This document shows positions 14,064 through 26,569 of a stretch of 64,000 nucleotides of DNA, in pieces (position 1 is the stretch's first letter; each line of letters starts with the position of its first letter). Source of the stretch: Alphaproteobacteria bacterium (GTDB lineage Bacteria; Pseudomonadota; Alphaproteobacteria; Bin95); contig OZ219788.1 in the NCBI GenBank assembly GCA_964291285.2, positions 320,001 through 384,000 on the forward strand, written 5' to 3'. The notes beneath the pieces are model-generated. The model saw only the letters and a list, made by a program, of their open reading frames with translations. It had not been told where the DNA came from and ran no database searches. The position numbers and the translations under genes are program-made.

Positions 14064-15679
14064 GCAATCTCTCCGACAATCTGTTCAGCATCCCGAAGTC
14101 GGACTTCGCCGGACATCAGTTTGGGAAGCAGCCCGTGTAGAATGCCGACGAGAGAATGACTTTGCCGGGAAGCCGCACTTGCTCGAGCGATAGGCGGACG
14201 AACCAGATTTCCGAACGCGACGGCGACTTGCTCTGTCGGGCACGCAAGTGGGAATTTTTGCAAGGCTTGGGCCTGCACCCGCTGGCGACCGCTTGTACCG
14301 GTCATGTTCTGAATGGCAAATTCGCGGAAACGAAAACTTCGGGCGAGACAATATGCGAATTCATACGGAAGCGGAGACTTGGGGCGCAAGACAATGTACT
14401 CTGTGGATCCCCAACCTACCTCGCCTTCCTGCAAGAAATCGACATAGGCCGTCTTTCCGTTCTCTAGGCATGGCGTGATACGAGCCATAAGTGTATCGCC
14501 GTTCATGAACTTTGTCCCCGAGCCAAAGGGACGAGCAGAGATGGTATCAGGTATATGTCCCTTGGCTGGCATGTTCGCCATATCGAGGTACGGAGCGGTT
14601 TGCCCCTTGGGCAAACGCCGCAGGGGATTGACTGAGATCAGATCGTCGAGCGGGCTCACTTCCCACCCCTCCGGTATCTCGCCGATTTCGGAATTGGCGA
14701 AGCGGTCGGGAAACAGTTTCCATATTTCGGGAGGCAGATAGGGCGCACGCCCTTCCATCTTCGCCCGGACCGGCCCGAAATCGACGAACCAGTCCTTGAA
14801 GATCGCCCGCGCCATCGCCTCCAGCGTCCCGTTCATGCGCCGGTTCAACGCGATCTTGTCGTCCAGCGCGCCGAGGATGCCCGCAATCGCCCGCTGCTCG
14901 GGAAGGGGTGGTAAATCGATGTTCAGATTCTTGATATCCGAGGGCCTTATTGACGGATAAGCCGAAGTACTGTGTTCGGCAATGGTATGAAGCTGGTTGA
15001 TAATTCGTTCCTGAACAAGAAACCAATAGATGAAACCAGTGTCAGCAATGTCTTCACGCGCACGAAACACCGCAAAGCCAGTAGATGCGAGAAAATTCTC
15101 TGGAACATCCCGTAGCAACCCGAAGTGCCTCTGATTGGGCCGGACGGTTGAGAATACGATGTCGCCCGGTTCAATTTTGCGACGCGCACGGTCAGGCAGC
15201 TTGTCTTTGTTCAGCTTCAGGCATTGAATCCTCTCTATTCGGTTATCTGTGATGCTGCCTGTATCAAGGTAATTGACAAATGGCCAATCTTCCTTCGGGG
15301 AATATGTTGCTTCATTCATTACGGTGCATTCGCCAAGTCGTATCCTGTGCCAATGATTGGCAGGAACTAGCGGTTTGGCCAGTACCACATGGTCTCGCTC
15401 AATTTGCTTCCGGAAGGAGCCCGGCACGTCATCCCAGACGAACAGGTCCACCCGGAATGGGAGACTGCTTTCCTCCAACGCTTCCCGGAGGTCGGAAACG
15501 GCGCGCTTCTGTTCGGGCGTCGCGAACACCACCATATCGATGTCGGATTGGGGGCGAGAGGTCCAACTGACCCGGGAACCGTAAGCCCAAGCCTTGGTGT
15601 CCGGGAGATGGCGTTCGAGCAACGCCAGAATATCTTTGCGTTGCCCGGCGGTGATGTCGATGGAGAAGTTTATTCCCAT
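14060..15679 (-). CDS. hsdS: Type I R-M specificity subunit with N-terminal MNT nucleotidyltransferase domain
   Basis: aa 1-100: AYGSR-x-SDID and PFRVDL; then two low-GC TRDs separated by PPLPEQRAIAGILGALDDKI. Confidence 0.9.
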   Translation of the reverse strand: MGINFSIDITAGQRKDILALLERHLPDTKAWAYGSRVSWTSRPQSDIDMVVFATPEQKRAVSDLREALEESSLPFRVDLFVWDDVPGSFRKQIERDHVVLAKPLVPANHWHRIRLGECTVMNEATYSPKEDWPFVNYLDTGSITDNRIERIQCLKLNKDKLPDRARRKIEPGDIVFSTVRPNQRHFGLLRDVPENFLASTGFAVFRAREDIADTGFIYWFLVQERIINQLHTIAEHSTSAYPSIRPSDIKNLNIDLPPLPEQRAIAGILGALDDKIALNRRMNGTLEAMARAIFKDWFVDFGPVRAKMEGRAPYLPPEIWKLFPDRFANSEIGEIPEGWEVSPLDDLISVNPLRRLPKGQTAPYLDMANMPAKGHIPDTISARPFGSGTKFMNGDTLMARITPCLENGKTAYVDFLQEGEVGWGSTEYIVLRPKSPLPYEFAYCLARSFRFREFAIQNMTGTSGRQRVQAQALQKFPLACPTEQVAVAFGNLVRPPIARASAASRQSHSLVGILHGLLPKLMSGEVRLRDAEQIVGEIA

Positions 15680-16086
15680 ATCTGTTCGGTCATCGTTTGG
15701 TAGAGGCCTATGGCGTCGTCGATAAACGTGGGCATCAATGCCAGGCAGGCTTTCGCTTTCTCGCCGTCGTAATCGTGCGACGTATTGATACGCGCTTCCG
15801 CATATTCAAGCCAATCTTCCAACGGAGAAGCGAACAGGCTGTTTTCATGTGCAAGCCTGAAGAGAGGCTTGGGACTGTTGGGTACTTCGGCAATGCCGAG
15901 TTTCTCGTTAAGGTATCTTTTCAGTACCTTCCACAAGTAGTCGTAGCAGGTCTCGAAGCGCTGAATGACCGACTCGGCGACCCCTTCCCGGGTCATTTCG
16001 GATAGTCCTTCGTCGGGCGACTGATAGTTGTCATGTTGCTCCTCCAGGCGTTTCAAGGACAACTCGAATTTTCCATAGTCGATCAT
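15670..16086 (-). CDS. HEPN-domain protein (nucleotidyltransferase substrate-binding, HI0074-like)
   Basis: IQRFETCYDYLWK, SPKPLFR, Rx4H motif RINTSH followed by DYD. Confidence 0.88.
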   Translation of the reverse strand: MIDYGKFELSLKRLEEQHDNYQSPDEGLSEMTREGVAESVIQRFETCYDYLWKVLKRYLNEKLGIAEVPNSPKPLFRLAHENSLFASPLEDWLEYAEARINTSHDYDGEKAKACLALMPTFIDDAIGLYQTMTEQIWE

Positions 16087-16108
16087 GTACAGCCCTTCCG
16101 CACCGCTT

Positions 16109-16356
16109 TCACCAGGAAGAGCGGCGCAAGACCAGCGCCTCAACGGTTCCGGCCGCATCCGGCTCCCCGTCAGGCAACCCTTCGGGGTCGCCGTGCTTTC
16201 CCTGCCAGGACTCCGTTCCCGTATCGAGGTCGATCTTCTTCACAATCATGCGCTCGGGAGACAGATCATCGTAACCCCCTTCGTAGCCGTCCACCACGAC
16301 ATGCAGCACGGGCGGATAGCCGCCAGGCAGCTCGATCAATTCCGCAACCGTCATGC

Positions 16357-16360
<4 letters not shown>
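16109..16360 (-). CDS. Small acidic hypothetical protein
   Basis: ATGA overlap with hsdM; MTVAELIE...[12 protein letters not shown]. Confidence 0.6.
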
Positions 16361-17961
<1,601 letters not shown>

Positions 17962-18179
17962 GCTGCGCCCTTTCCGGTCAAATCCTGCGCCGCCACCCTA
18001 GGTCTCCGCTTGCCGGACATTTCCCCGAAGGCGCTCCGCGATGGTCGGCGCAAGGCAACCTTTAGCGCGCCGCCAGACAGCCTGCAATCGACCCCATGAG
18101 ACGACCGGCGCGGGAACGGCTTATGGCGGATCCCGGCCCGGCGCAAGAAAACGCCGATGCTGCCCTTGCCCGCGCCTGC

Positions 18180-21100
18180 TCATTGTGTGGCGATTCCGTA
18201 CAATTTTTGAAACCGGAGGTCGCCAGAAATTCCGCAATTCCCGGCGCACAGAGCGTCAAGCAATTTCTTGAGACCGGGCTTGTTATAGTCCGGCAGAACA
18301 TCGATTACCTTATTCAGCACCTTGAGCAATGGCTCCGGATGCTGTTTCGCGCAGCCATTCCTGTTGAGAACGAAGAAGCTATGCCCGACGCCGCCGCTGC
18401 CTTCCACGGGCCGCAAATATGTCAGCCACCATTCCGCCGCCTGAGGAAATGCATCGCCGCACTCCGCAAGCATCTTCAGTATCGCTTCCGAGATCTTCGC
18501 AGTATTGCGGCCCTGCTCTCGCGGCCAGTAGCTGCAAAGCCAGCGGTGCAATTTCTCGTCCCAGATCCGCTGCCGTTCGTCAGGTGTCCCGGTGAGGCGC
18601 CGCCTCAGGCTCCCAAGCACAGTCACCAGCCCTTGTTCGGGCATGGGGGCGACAACGTCGCGAATCTCTTTCTCAGTCAGATCTCCCGGCGCATCAAGGC
18701 AGACCGCCATGAACAGGTCTCTCAGTCGGCGCATTCTCCGGTCTTCAAGCCTGTCGTCGTGCAGGATTTCGAGAAACGGCGCCCTGATGGCTTTCAGGAG
18801 GTCCGGACCCAGACCTGGCGACCAGCTGTATGCAGACCATAGGTCGACAGCTTCCTGTGACTTCAGGCAGGCGAGGCGCGCGATCAGGTGCTGCCGGGTC
18901 CACTCAGCGTCGACCGCAAACAGCGGGCGCAATCTGGTCGCCAGAAGCACGCGGCCTGGATGCCCGAGCGGGTCTTCGGCCATGGCGTCGAAATACGGCC
19001 GGACCGGTGGAGGGAATCCCGCTCCGGCTGGCAGTTCGTATTTCGACAGCCGGGTCAATGCCGCTTCCGCCAGCTTTCCGGCCGGATGGTTCAAGGCGTT
19101 CGTCAGGGTTTCATTCTGGTCGGCCATCTCCGATTCGCCCTCGCCCTTTCCGACCCAGGATTTCATCCAAAGGACACCGAATTCAGCTTCCCGATCGGTT
19201 TCCCATGCGTCCGCAAGCTGTTTCACGAAGCCCGCGACGGCGGACGCTACCTCGCCGAACAGCTCGCCGGGAGCCTCGGCAAGGATTCTTGCCGCACAGG
19301 CGTGCAGTTCCGCCGGCCGCTTTGGTTCCGGCAGCTCCCAGAGGAAATCCCGCCAGTACCCTGCAGGCCATTTGCCCTGTTTTCCGAGCTGTCGCAGCGC
19401 GGAAAAAACCTCTGCCGGTTTCCGGGCAGCCAGCCCTCGCAGTCCGTCCTGAACGATTTCCCCGGTATCGAGCGCCACCACGATGTCTTCGACCGATCCC
19501 TTGAGGAGATGCTTGGGCGCATAATCTTCGATGCCGATTCGTTCATACTTTACCTCGCCAAAAAATTCATCGATCTCTCCCTCGATTTCCTCCATTTTCT
19601 GGGTTATTGTTTCAGCCATCGCTCTTGATTTCTTGTCCAGCTTTATCCCGGACATGCCCAGCATGTGCAGGAACAATGCCTGTTCTTTGCGCAACCCTTC
19701 GTCACTGCCGAAGGATTCCCGGATTTTATTCGATTTCGGTCCAGCGTGAATTGCGTCAATGATGTCGCTGCGGAGATCTCGGGGTAACCGCTTGCCCGCC
19801 AATCTCAGAAAACGCATCGTTTCGCGCCGCATATCGAAGTCCCAGAGACCGAGGTTTCGACCTCCCAGAAGCAATTTCTGGGCAAGCCGAATATCGGCTC
19901 TCGGGTTTTCGGTCAGCGCGTGCAGCGCCAGCCTCCCGAACAGCGGCTCTTCGGAGTCCGCCCAGCGAAGGAGAAGATTGTACGCGCGTCGGCTCTCGTC
20001 GGGAACCAGCGCAAGATAACTGTCCCGCGCCAGATCGATGAGGCGGGTCCAGTTGTCGAAATCGTTGTTTTGCTCGTGAGGCGCGATCGACGGCCGATAC
20101 AGGTACGACCGCTGGTAGACATTGCCATCGGCCTTACCCAGGGAAAGGGCGTGTTCGAGATGATCGGTCAGCGTCTCGGCGTGTCTCGAAAGCACTTCCC
20201 GGTCATCGAGAATAGCCTTGAATAGCGCCCAAACCCTGTCGCATGCCGACATCAATTCGAGATGTCCGCATGTATCGATGGGCTGCGGCGCTTGCGGGGT
20301 ATTCTCGTAATTCAGCCGTACTTGCCGGACCATGGAAAGACCCGGTCGGACGACGAGACGCGGCCGGATACTCTCCATGACCTTGTCCTCGATGAGCCTG
20401 CGTTCGTCGGGGGACATCGCGGCCCGATGACGGTCGGAAAGCCAGAGCCCGTTCCAGGGATCATCGGGCCTGCTGCCCAGAAGAACGGTCCAGAGCAGTC
20501 GCAGCCTGTCGGGAATGTCCGGAAGCGCGGAAGCCCGCTCAGTCAGACGGCTCTCGACCTGCTGGCGAAGAAGAGGGTGGAGATGAGCGCCGTTCCGAAG
20601 CGCCCAGGCCAGCAGTTGCGGCACATGCAGATGGTTGGCCAGCCAAACCGAGAGATGGTGCCTTGTCCTATCCAGATTGTAGGGATTCACCGATTCGAGA
20701 CCGGTATCTACGAGATGCCGGTCCGTCCCGTTAGCGGCAGAGCGCAGCAGACCCTTTTCCGCGAACATGTCGAGCCACTTCTCGAACTTTGCATGGTCCT
20801 CCTCGTTCGACATGGGAGGGGCTTCGGCAAGCGCCTGTGCGGCCGATGCGTCCTGTAGCGCCCAGACGACCCGTTCCACAACCGGCCCGGCCGGCATCTT
20901 GTTAATCTCGTCGATGGCGATCCGGGAACGGGCTCGAAGGGGATCGCTTCGGATCCGCGCCCATTCAATCAGTGTGTCTGCGAGAAGGCGGTGTCCGTCC
21001 CGCTCGTCATAGAGGATCGGTTCGACATTCTTCGCGACCCAGGCGTCACGCGCCCTGGATATCCCGGCTTCGGAACCATCCATGGCGGCGAATGCCCAAG

Positions 21101-21836
21101 CCATTCCGAAGCCCGCGCCCTTTGACCGCTCGGCGGCAAGGGCGTCGACCATGTACCCCATGACAGGATCGTCGAGGCTGTAGCCGACGAAGACGACCGA
21201 GAATTCGCGAAACAGTTCGGTGACGAACCTCGCCGCCCAGCGCTCGGTCAGATATGCGCGCCCGAAATCTGCCGCGGTCAGCACCAGGTTCGAGCCATCT
21301 TCCTTCGGTGCGATGCGGCCGTGCAGATGCACCAGGCTCGACCAGGCATGAGGCTTGGGTATCGGAAGCCGGGGCGCGGCATCGACCGTCAGGGATTCTT
21401 CCGCCGCTTCGGCAAAGCGGTTGTCGAAATTGGTGGTAACAAGTCGGACGCCGCTGTCGAAATTGGTGGTAACAGGTCGGACGCCGCGTTCAGTCCGCGA
21501 CAGCTTGAGCAATGCCTTGTGGAGTTTCAGGTCACCGCTTCGCGGTCGAGAAAGCCGGTCGATGACCGCACCCCGCAAGTGGTTCGCGCCCAGGCGGCGT
21601 TCCAGAAGCCCGAGCGCCCTGTCCCAGGCCCCGCTACATAGCGCTTGCCGTTCGGCGGGATCGGGTTCGATGTGGTTGGCATCATATACATGTTTCACGA
21701 GGGCTTTGAAGCTCGGCAGGTCAGACCCTTCTGCCATCGAGACCCCGGCGCCGCAGAAGAAAACGACATTGCCGTCGTCCAGCCCGTTCAGGAGGGGCGC
21801 CGGAATGTCCGGGCCGTCTTCAATCAGTTCAGGCAT
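18180..21836 (-). CDS. SIR2-domain anti-phage protein, Dsr1-like
   Basis: GPDIP...VVFFCGAGVS, TTNFD, HLHG, DFGRAYLTERWAARFV, FVGYSLDDP; long helical C-terminus. Confidence 0.85.
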   Translation of the reverse strand: MPELIEDGPDIPAPLLNGLDDGNVVFFCGAGVSMAEGSDLPSFKALVKHVYDANHIEPDPAERQALCSGAWDRALGLLERRLGANHLRGAVIDRLSRPRSGDLKLHKALLKLSRTERGVRPVTTNFDSGVRLVTTNFDNRFAEAAEESLTVDAAPRLPIPKPHAWSSLVHLHGRIAPKEDGSNLVLTAADFGRAYLTERWAARFVTELFREFSVVFVGYSLDDPVMGYMVDALAAERSKGAGFGMAWAFAAMDGSEAGISRARDAWVAKNVEPILYDERDGHRLLADTLIEWARIRSDPLRARSRIAIDEINKMPAGPVVERVVWALQDASAAQALAEAPPMSNEEDHAKFEKWLDMFAEKGLLRSAANGTDRHLVDTGLESVNPYNLDRTRHHLSVWLANHLHVPQLLAWALRNGAHLHPLLRQQVESRLTERASALPDIPDRLRLLWTVLLGSRPDDPWNGLWLSDRHRAAMSPDERRLIEDKVMESIRPRLVVRPGLSMVRQVRLNYENTPQAPQPIDTCGHLELMSACDRVWALFKAILDDREVLSRHAETLTDHLEHALSLGKADGNVYQRSYLYRPSIAPHEQNNDFDNWTRLIDLARDSYLALVPDESRRAYNLLLRWADSEEPLFGRLALHALTENPRADIRLAQKLLLGGRNLGLWDFDMRRETMRFLRLAGKRLPRDLRSDIIDAIHAGPKSNKIRESFGSDEGLRKEQALFLHMLGMSGIKLDKKSRAMAETITQKMEEIEGEIDEFFGEVKYERIGIEDYAPKHLLKGSVEDIVVALDTGEIVQDGLRGLAARKPAEVFSALRQLGKQGKWPAGYWRDFLWELPEPKRPAELHACAARILAEAPGELFGEVASAVAGFVKQLADAWETDREAEFGVLWMKSWVGKGEGESEMADQNETLTNALNHPAGKLAEAALTRLSKYELPAGAGFPPPVRPYFDAMAEDPLGHPGRVLLATRLRPLFAVDAEWTRQHLIARLACLKSQEAVDLWSAYSWSPGLGPDLLKAIRAPFLEILHDDRLEDRRMRRLRDLFMAVCLDAPGDLTEKEIRDVVAPMPEQGLVTVLGSLRRRLTGTPDERQRIWDEKLHRWLCSYWPREQGRNTAKISEAILKMLAECGDAFPQAAEWWLTYLRPVEGSGGVGHSFFVLNRNGCAKQHPEPLLKVLNKVIDVLPDYNKPGLKKLLDALCAGNCGISGDLRFQKLYGIATQ
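21422..21487. repeat. 33-bp in-frame tandem duplication inside the SIR2 domain
   Basis: TGTCGAAATTGGTGGTAACA(A/G)GTCGGACGCCGC twice. Confidence 0.95.
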
Positions 21837-21929
21837 GGCGAATTGTACCGTCGTTCATTTGGCGCCGGCCTCATGCGGGTCATCGGGTAATGTTGCCGCC
21901 TCCCAGTAGCGGTTTCTGTAGAATTTCGC

Positions 21930-21961
21930 TGCACTGCTAAACTCGTGCACTGCTAAACTCG
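21930..21961. repeat. 16-bp tandem repeat x2
   Basis: TGCACTGCTAAACTCG twice, between the divergent sirtuin and relaxase genes. Confidence 0.9.
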
Positions 21962-22260
21962 TGAACCCGTGCACCCGAAGCGTCTTTAACCTTCATAGCC
22001 CGATTCGCAATCCGCTTGCTGATCCTGTCGGGAGCGCCGCACAGCCCGGGCCCGGCATAGGCGCCAGCAGCGAACAGGCGGCGCAGCCAGAGAGGATGAA
22101 TGGCGCATGGATTTCAGCACGGGCGTCGCGACGTCGTTTCCCTAAATACCCGTGCCGAGCCTCGGCCTTGAGCCTTTCCGGCAGCTGGCACGGCGGTCAC
22201 GGCTTCGGCGGCCTCTGGACGGTTGACACGCCGCCGTCCGCGATGGGGTAAGCTCCGCCG

Positions 22261-25200
22261 ATGGTGGCGACGGTCTTCAACCTGACCTCGGCTTCCTCGA
22301 CGGTGCACTATTTCCGGCGCGAGGGGCACGGGCTCGGGCCGAACCTGCCGGCGAACGACGACGAGGCGGGCGACTACTACGCGCGCAAGGATGACGAGCA
22401 CCGCAAGGCGAGCCGGTGGCGGGGCAGCGGGGCGGCGGCGCTGGGGCTGACGGGCCATGTCGAGCCGGTGGAGTTCCGGCGTGTGCTGCAGGGATACGTT
22501 CCCGGCACGGACATCCGGCTGGGGCGGCTGCGCGACGGCGAACACGAGCACCGCCCGGGTGTGGACATCACGTTTTCGGCGCCGAAGTCGGTGTCGCTCG
22601 AGGCGCTGCTCGGCGGTGCGGGTTCGGCCAGGGCGATGCGGGCGCACGATGCGGCGGTGCGGGCGACGCTGGACTACATCGAGACACGGCTCTTGCGAAC
22701 CCGGCGCTGGAGCCGCGAGGAGCGGCGCTCGGTGCAGGTGAATGCGCCCATGCTGGTGGCGGCGACCTTCCGGCATATCACGAGCCGCAACAACGACCCG
22801 CAGCTTCACACCCATTGCGTGGTCGCGAACATGACGCGCGACGGCGGGCAGTGGCGGAGTGCGGAGACCGGTCTGCTGCGCCGGTCGGAGAAGCTGGTCG
22901 GGGCCTTCTACCGCAACGAGCTGGCGCACCGTCTGCGCCGTGAGGGTTTCGCGCTGCGTCCGTCGATGATCGGGCGGGTTCCGGGGTTCGAGATCTCGGG
23001 CTGGCCGCGTGCGGTGCTGGAGGCGTTCTCGAGCCGGCGGCAACAGATACTGGCCTACATCCGGGAGAAGGGCTGGCGCTACGATGCGCACACCGCGCAG
23101 GCGGCGACGCTGGCGACGCGGGCGCGCAAGAACGAGCCGCGCCGGGCGGAGCTTGAGGCGCTGTGGCGGGCGTTTGCCGAGGAAAATGGCCTCGCCAGGC
23201 GGACGCTGCGGAAGATCGGGGTGCGGCATGCGGCGCCGCCGACGGCGCTGGAGATCGCCTGGCGGGCTCTTGAGCAGCTGGAGGAGCGGGCGAGCGTCTT
23301 CCCGGCGCGGGACGCGCTGGCGCTGGCGCTGGCGCTGGCGCATTCGCCCGGCCTCTACCGGCTTGAGGAGATCGAGGGGGCCTTTGCGGAGCTTCGACGG
23401 GACAAGCATTTGCTGCCGGCGATCCGGCGCGGGGCGGGCGAGGCCTGGACGACGGCGCGGGCGGTCAACGCCGAACGCGAGGTGCGCGAGCGCACGATCG
23501 CCAATATCGGTGCTGTCAGGGCGCTCTCCGAAGCTCCCGTCCCCGGAGAGGCGCTGGAGGGCCTGACCGGGGGCCAGCGCGAGGCGGTGCGGCTGATCCT
23601 GGAGAGCCGGGACCGGGCGGTCGGGGTGCAGGGCCATGCGGGCACCGGCAAGACGGTGATGCTGCGCCGGGCCGTGTCGTGCATGGGAGAAAGGCGGGTG
23701 CTGGGACTGGCGCCGTCGGCCTCGGCGGCGCGGACGCTGTCGCGCGAAACGGGCCTCGCCTGCCGGACGCTGCAATGGTTCCTGACGCGCTGCCAGGAGG
23801 TGTCCGACGGGGTGGCGGACGCAAGGACGCTCGCCGCGCTGAGAGAGCGCCATGGCGGCGCGGTGGTGGTGGTGGTGGACGAGATGTCGCTGGCGGGCAC
23901 GGCGCAGGCGCGCGCGCTGCTGCGGATTGCCGAGCGCCTCGACATTGCCCGGCTTGTGCTTGTGGGCGACAGCCGGCAGCTGCGGGGCGTGCAGGCGGGC
24001 CAGCCCTTCCGGCAGATGCAGCAGGCGGGCTTGGGCGTCGCGGAGATGGACGAGGTTCGCCGGCAGCAGGACCCGGACCTGCTGGCCGCCGTCCAGGACA
24101 TGATCGAGGGCGAGCCGGGCGCGGCGCTGGAGCGTCTCGGAGGCAACCTGCGGGAACTGCCGGCGGAGGAGATCGCGGGCATGGCGGCCGCGCTCTGGCT
24201 GCGGCTTTCGCCCGGGGCGCGGGCGGGTACGGCGTTGCTGGTTCCGACGCGCGCGCTCAGGGCCGAGGTCGAGGAGGCGGTGCGCGAAGGCCTCGAAGCC
24301 GAGGGCGCCCTGCACGGGTCCTCCATCGGGATCGAGACGCTCGTGCCCCTCAACCTCACGCGCGCGGAGACGGGGTCGTGCGGCTGATACCGAGCTTCTC
24401 CCACGGCCCCTCAACCTCACGCGCGCGGAGACGGGCGACGTGCGCAACTGGCGCGAGGGCGACATCGCGCTCTTCAACCGCGAGCGGAAGAACTACCGCA
24501 TCCGCAAGGACGACGCCTGCACGGTGATGGAGGTGGAGGAGGACCGGGTGATCCTCGCCCATCCCGATGGCCGGCCGCGCCACCTGAAGCCCGGCGGCGA
24601 CCTGCGCTACCGGCTGGACCTGTTCGAGGCGAAGACGCTGCGGATCAGGGAGGGCGAGCAACTGCGCTGGACGCGCAACGACAGGGAGCGCGGCCTCGTC
24701 AACGGCGACCGTGTGGAGGTGGCCGCCATGGGAACCGGAGCGCTCCGCATGCGCCTCTCCGACGGGCGGGAGATGCGATTCGCGCGCGACGACCCGCAGC
24801 TTCGTCATCTTGCATACGCCTATGCGTCCACCGTGCATGCGGCGCAGGGGCAGACGCACGACCGTGTGGTCGCGGTGCTGGACACAGGCGCGGGGCCGCT
24901 GGTGAACCAGCAGACGCTCTACGTGCAGCTCAGCCGCGCGCGGGAAGAGGCGCTGGTGCTGACCGACAACCGCGAGCAGCTTGTGGAGACGCTGGAGGCG
25001 AACACGGGCGAGCGGCTGACGGCGCTGGAAGCCATCGGCGAGACGGAGACGATGAAGGCGCCGGCGAAGCGGACGGTCTCCGGGGAGGCGGCGTCTGCGT
25101 TCCTTGACGGCCTGCGCGCGGAGCGGGAGCGCCGCGCCGAAGCGGAGGCGGCCTTGCGCCGGCTGGCGGAGGCCGAAGCAGCGCTTGCCGCAGCCCGCGC

Positions 25201-26569
25201 CCATGCGCAGGAAGCCGGATACACCTTCGCCGCCCTGCCGGCGGTCGATCCGGACGACGGACAGACCCTTCAGGACCGTCTCGCGGCGGCCAAAATTGTG
25301 CAGGAAGCGGCGCATGATGTCTCGGCTGCCGCCCATGCGGTGCTGGAGGCGGCGAAGGCGGCGGACCGCGTCCCGCCGCTCGACGATGCCGCGATGGAGG
25401 CGGCGAAGACCGGCGAAACCGAGGCAGCGGCGCGCCTTGTGGCATACCGGTCGCTGGAGACGGCCTTGACGGCGGCGAACAGGGCGTCCGGACGGCTGGC
25501 GCCCGCAGGCGCGCTCCGCGACAAGGATATCGACGGGGCTTCGATGCAGCGCCATGGCGCCGCCGCCCGGGAGGCGGCCGCCGCCTTCGACGCCCTCGCG
25601 CAAAAGGCGCGGGCAGCGGGCGAGGCGGCGCTGGCCCGGCGCGCGCGGGAGAGGGCTTCGGACCTCGGGCTGGCGGCGCTGCACTGGAGCTACAGGCTGG
25701 CGGGCCACCGGTTCGCGGTGGCGCGGCTGGCCGAGCGGGACATGGCGCCGCCGCACACGGTCGGGGACGTGCGGCGCTGGCAGGACCTGCGCCAGCGCCA
25801 GGCGGACGCGCGGACCGGGGCGGCAGCCGCGGCCGAGGCGGTCGCGCCGGAGAGCGCGGACGCGGCGGCCCGGTGGCGTGAACAGGCGGCGGACTACCGC
25901 AAGCAGGCCGGCGCGATACGCGGCTCGCTGGCGGAACTGGAGGGGCTGAAGACGCTGGTGCGGACCGCGGAAGCCGCGTCGGACGACGCGGCGGCATGGA
26001 GCGCGGCGGCGGGCGCGGCGGAGACGATCCGGAAAGGCTCCGGCCGGGGTCTGGAGGACGAGGCCGCGCGCGTGCGTGACGAGGAGGCGCGCCGCCGACA
26101 GGAAGGGCGCGAGGCGGCGCGGGCACGTTTCGAGACCCTGAGCTCGGAATGGGACGCGTTCGAGAGGAAGGTCAGGGCCGGGGGGCGGGTCGGCTTTGCG
26201 GACAAGCGCAGCCGGCAATATGTCGACCGCGCGCGGCGGCTGGAGGCGGACCCCGATCTCGATGCGGAAGCGAAGGAGACGCTCGCGGCGTTCCTGCACG
26301 AGCACGATGTCGTGCGCCCGAAGGTCGTCCGGCGCTGCCGGGAGCTGTTCGCGCAGTGGAACGCGGTCCGCGCAACGGCAAGGGCCCGCGGCGTCGGCCG
26401 GTTCATCCCTCCGGAGAGCGCGGAGGTCGTTGCGGGGATGCGCAAGCTCGCCGCCGGGAGCCCGGAGCACCTGACGCGCAGACAGAAGGAGACATTCGAG
26501 ACGATCACCGAGGAATACGCCCTCCATGTCGAGCGGCAGCGGACATGGGTGATGACCATGAGGCCGTGA
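22261..26569 (+). pseudogene. MOBF (TrwC/TraI-like) relaxase-helicase, frameshifted by a 61-bp insertion
   Basis: DYY, DITFSAPKSVS, H-TSR-DPQLHTH, GHAGTGKT, DE, TVHAAQG, YVQLSRAR; removing 61 bp gives a single 1415-aa ORF. Confidence 0.9.
24345..24435. repeat. 30-bp direct repeat flanking a 31-bp foreign segment
   Basis: GCCCCTCAACCTCACGCGCGCGGAGACGGG at 24345-24374 and 24406-24435. Confidence 0.95.

Noticed and set aside
14060-15400. hsdS shufflon driven by the two integrases
   Set aside because: Only one hsdS with two TRDs; I saw no silent TRD cassettes or flanking inverted repeats.
22223-22254. Sigma70 promoter for the relaxase (TTGACA...TAAGCT)
   Set aside because: The 20-bp spacer is too long to support the call.
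23313-23340. GCGCTG hexamer run in the relaxase
   Set aside because: In-frame ALALALALA microsatellite with no evidence of phase variation.
24345-24435. Minimal CRISPR array
   Set aside because: The repeat is relaxase coding sequence, there are only two copies, and no leader or cas genes are present; kept only as an insertion scar.
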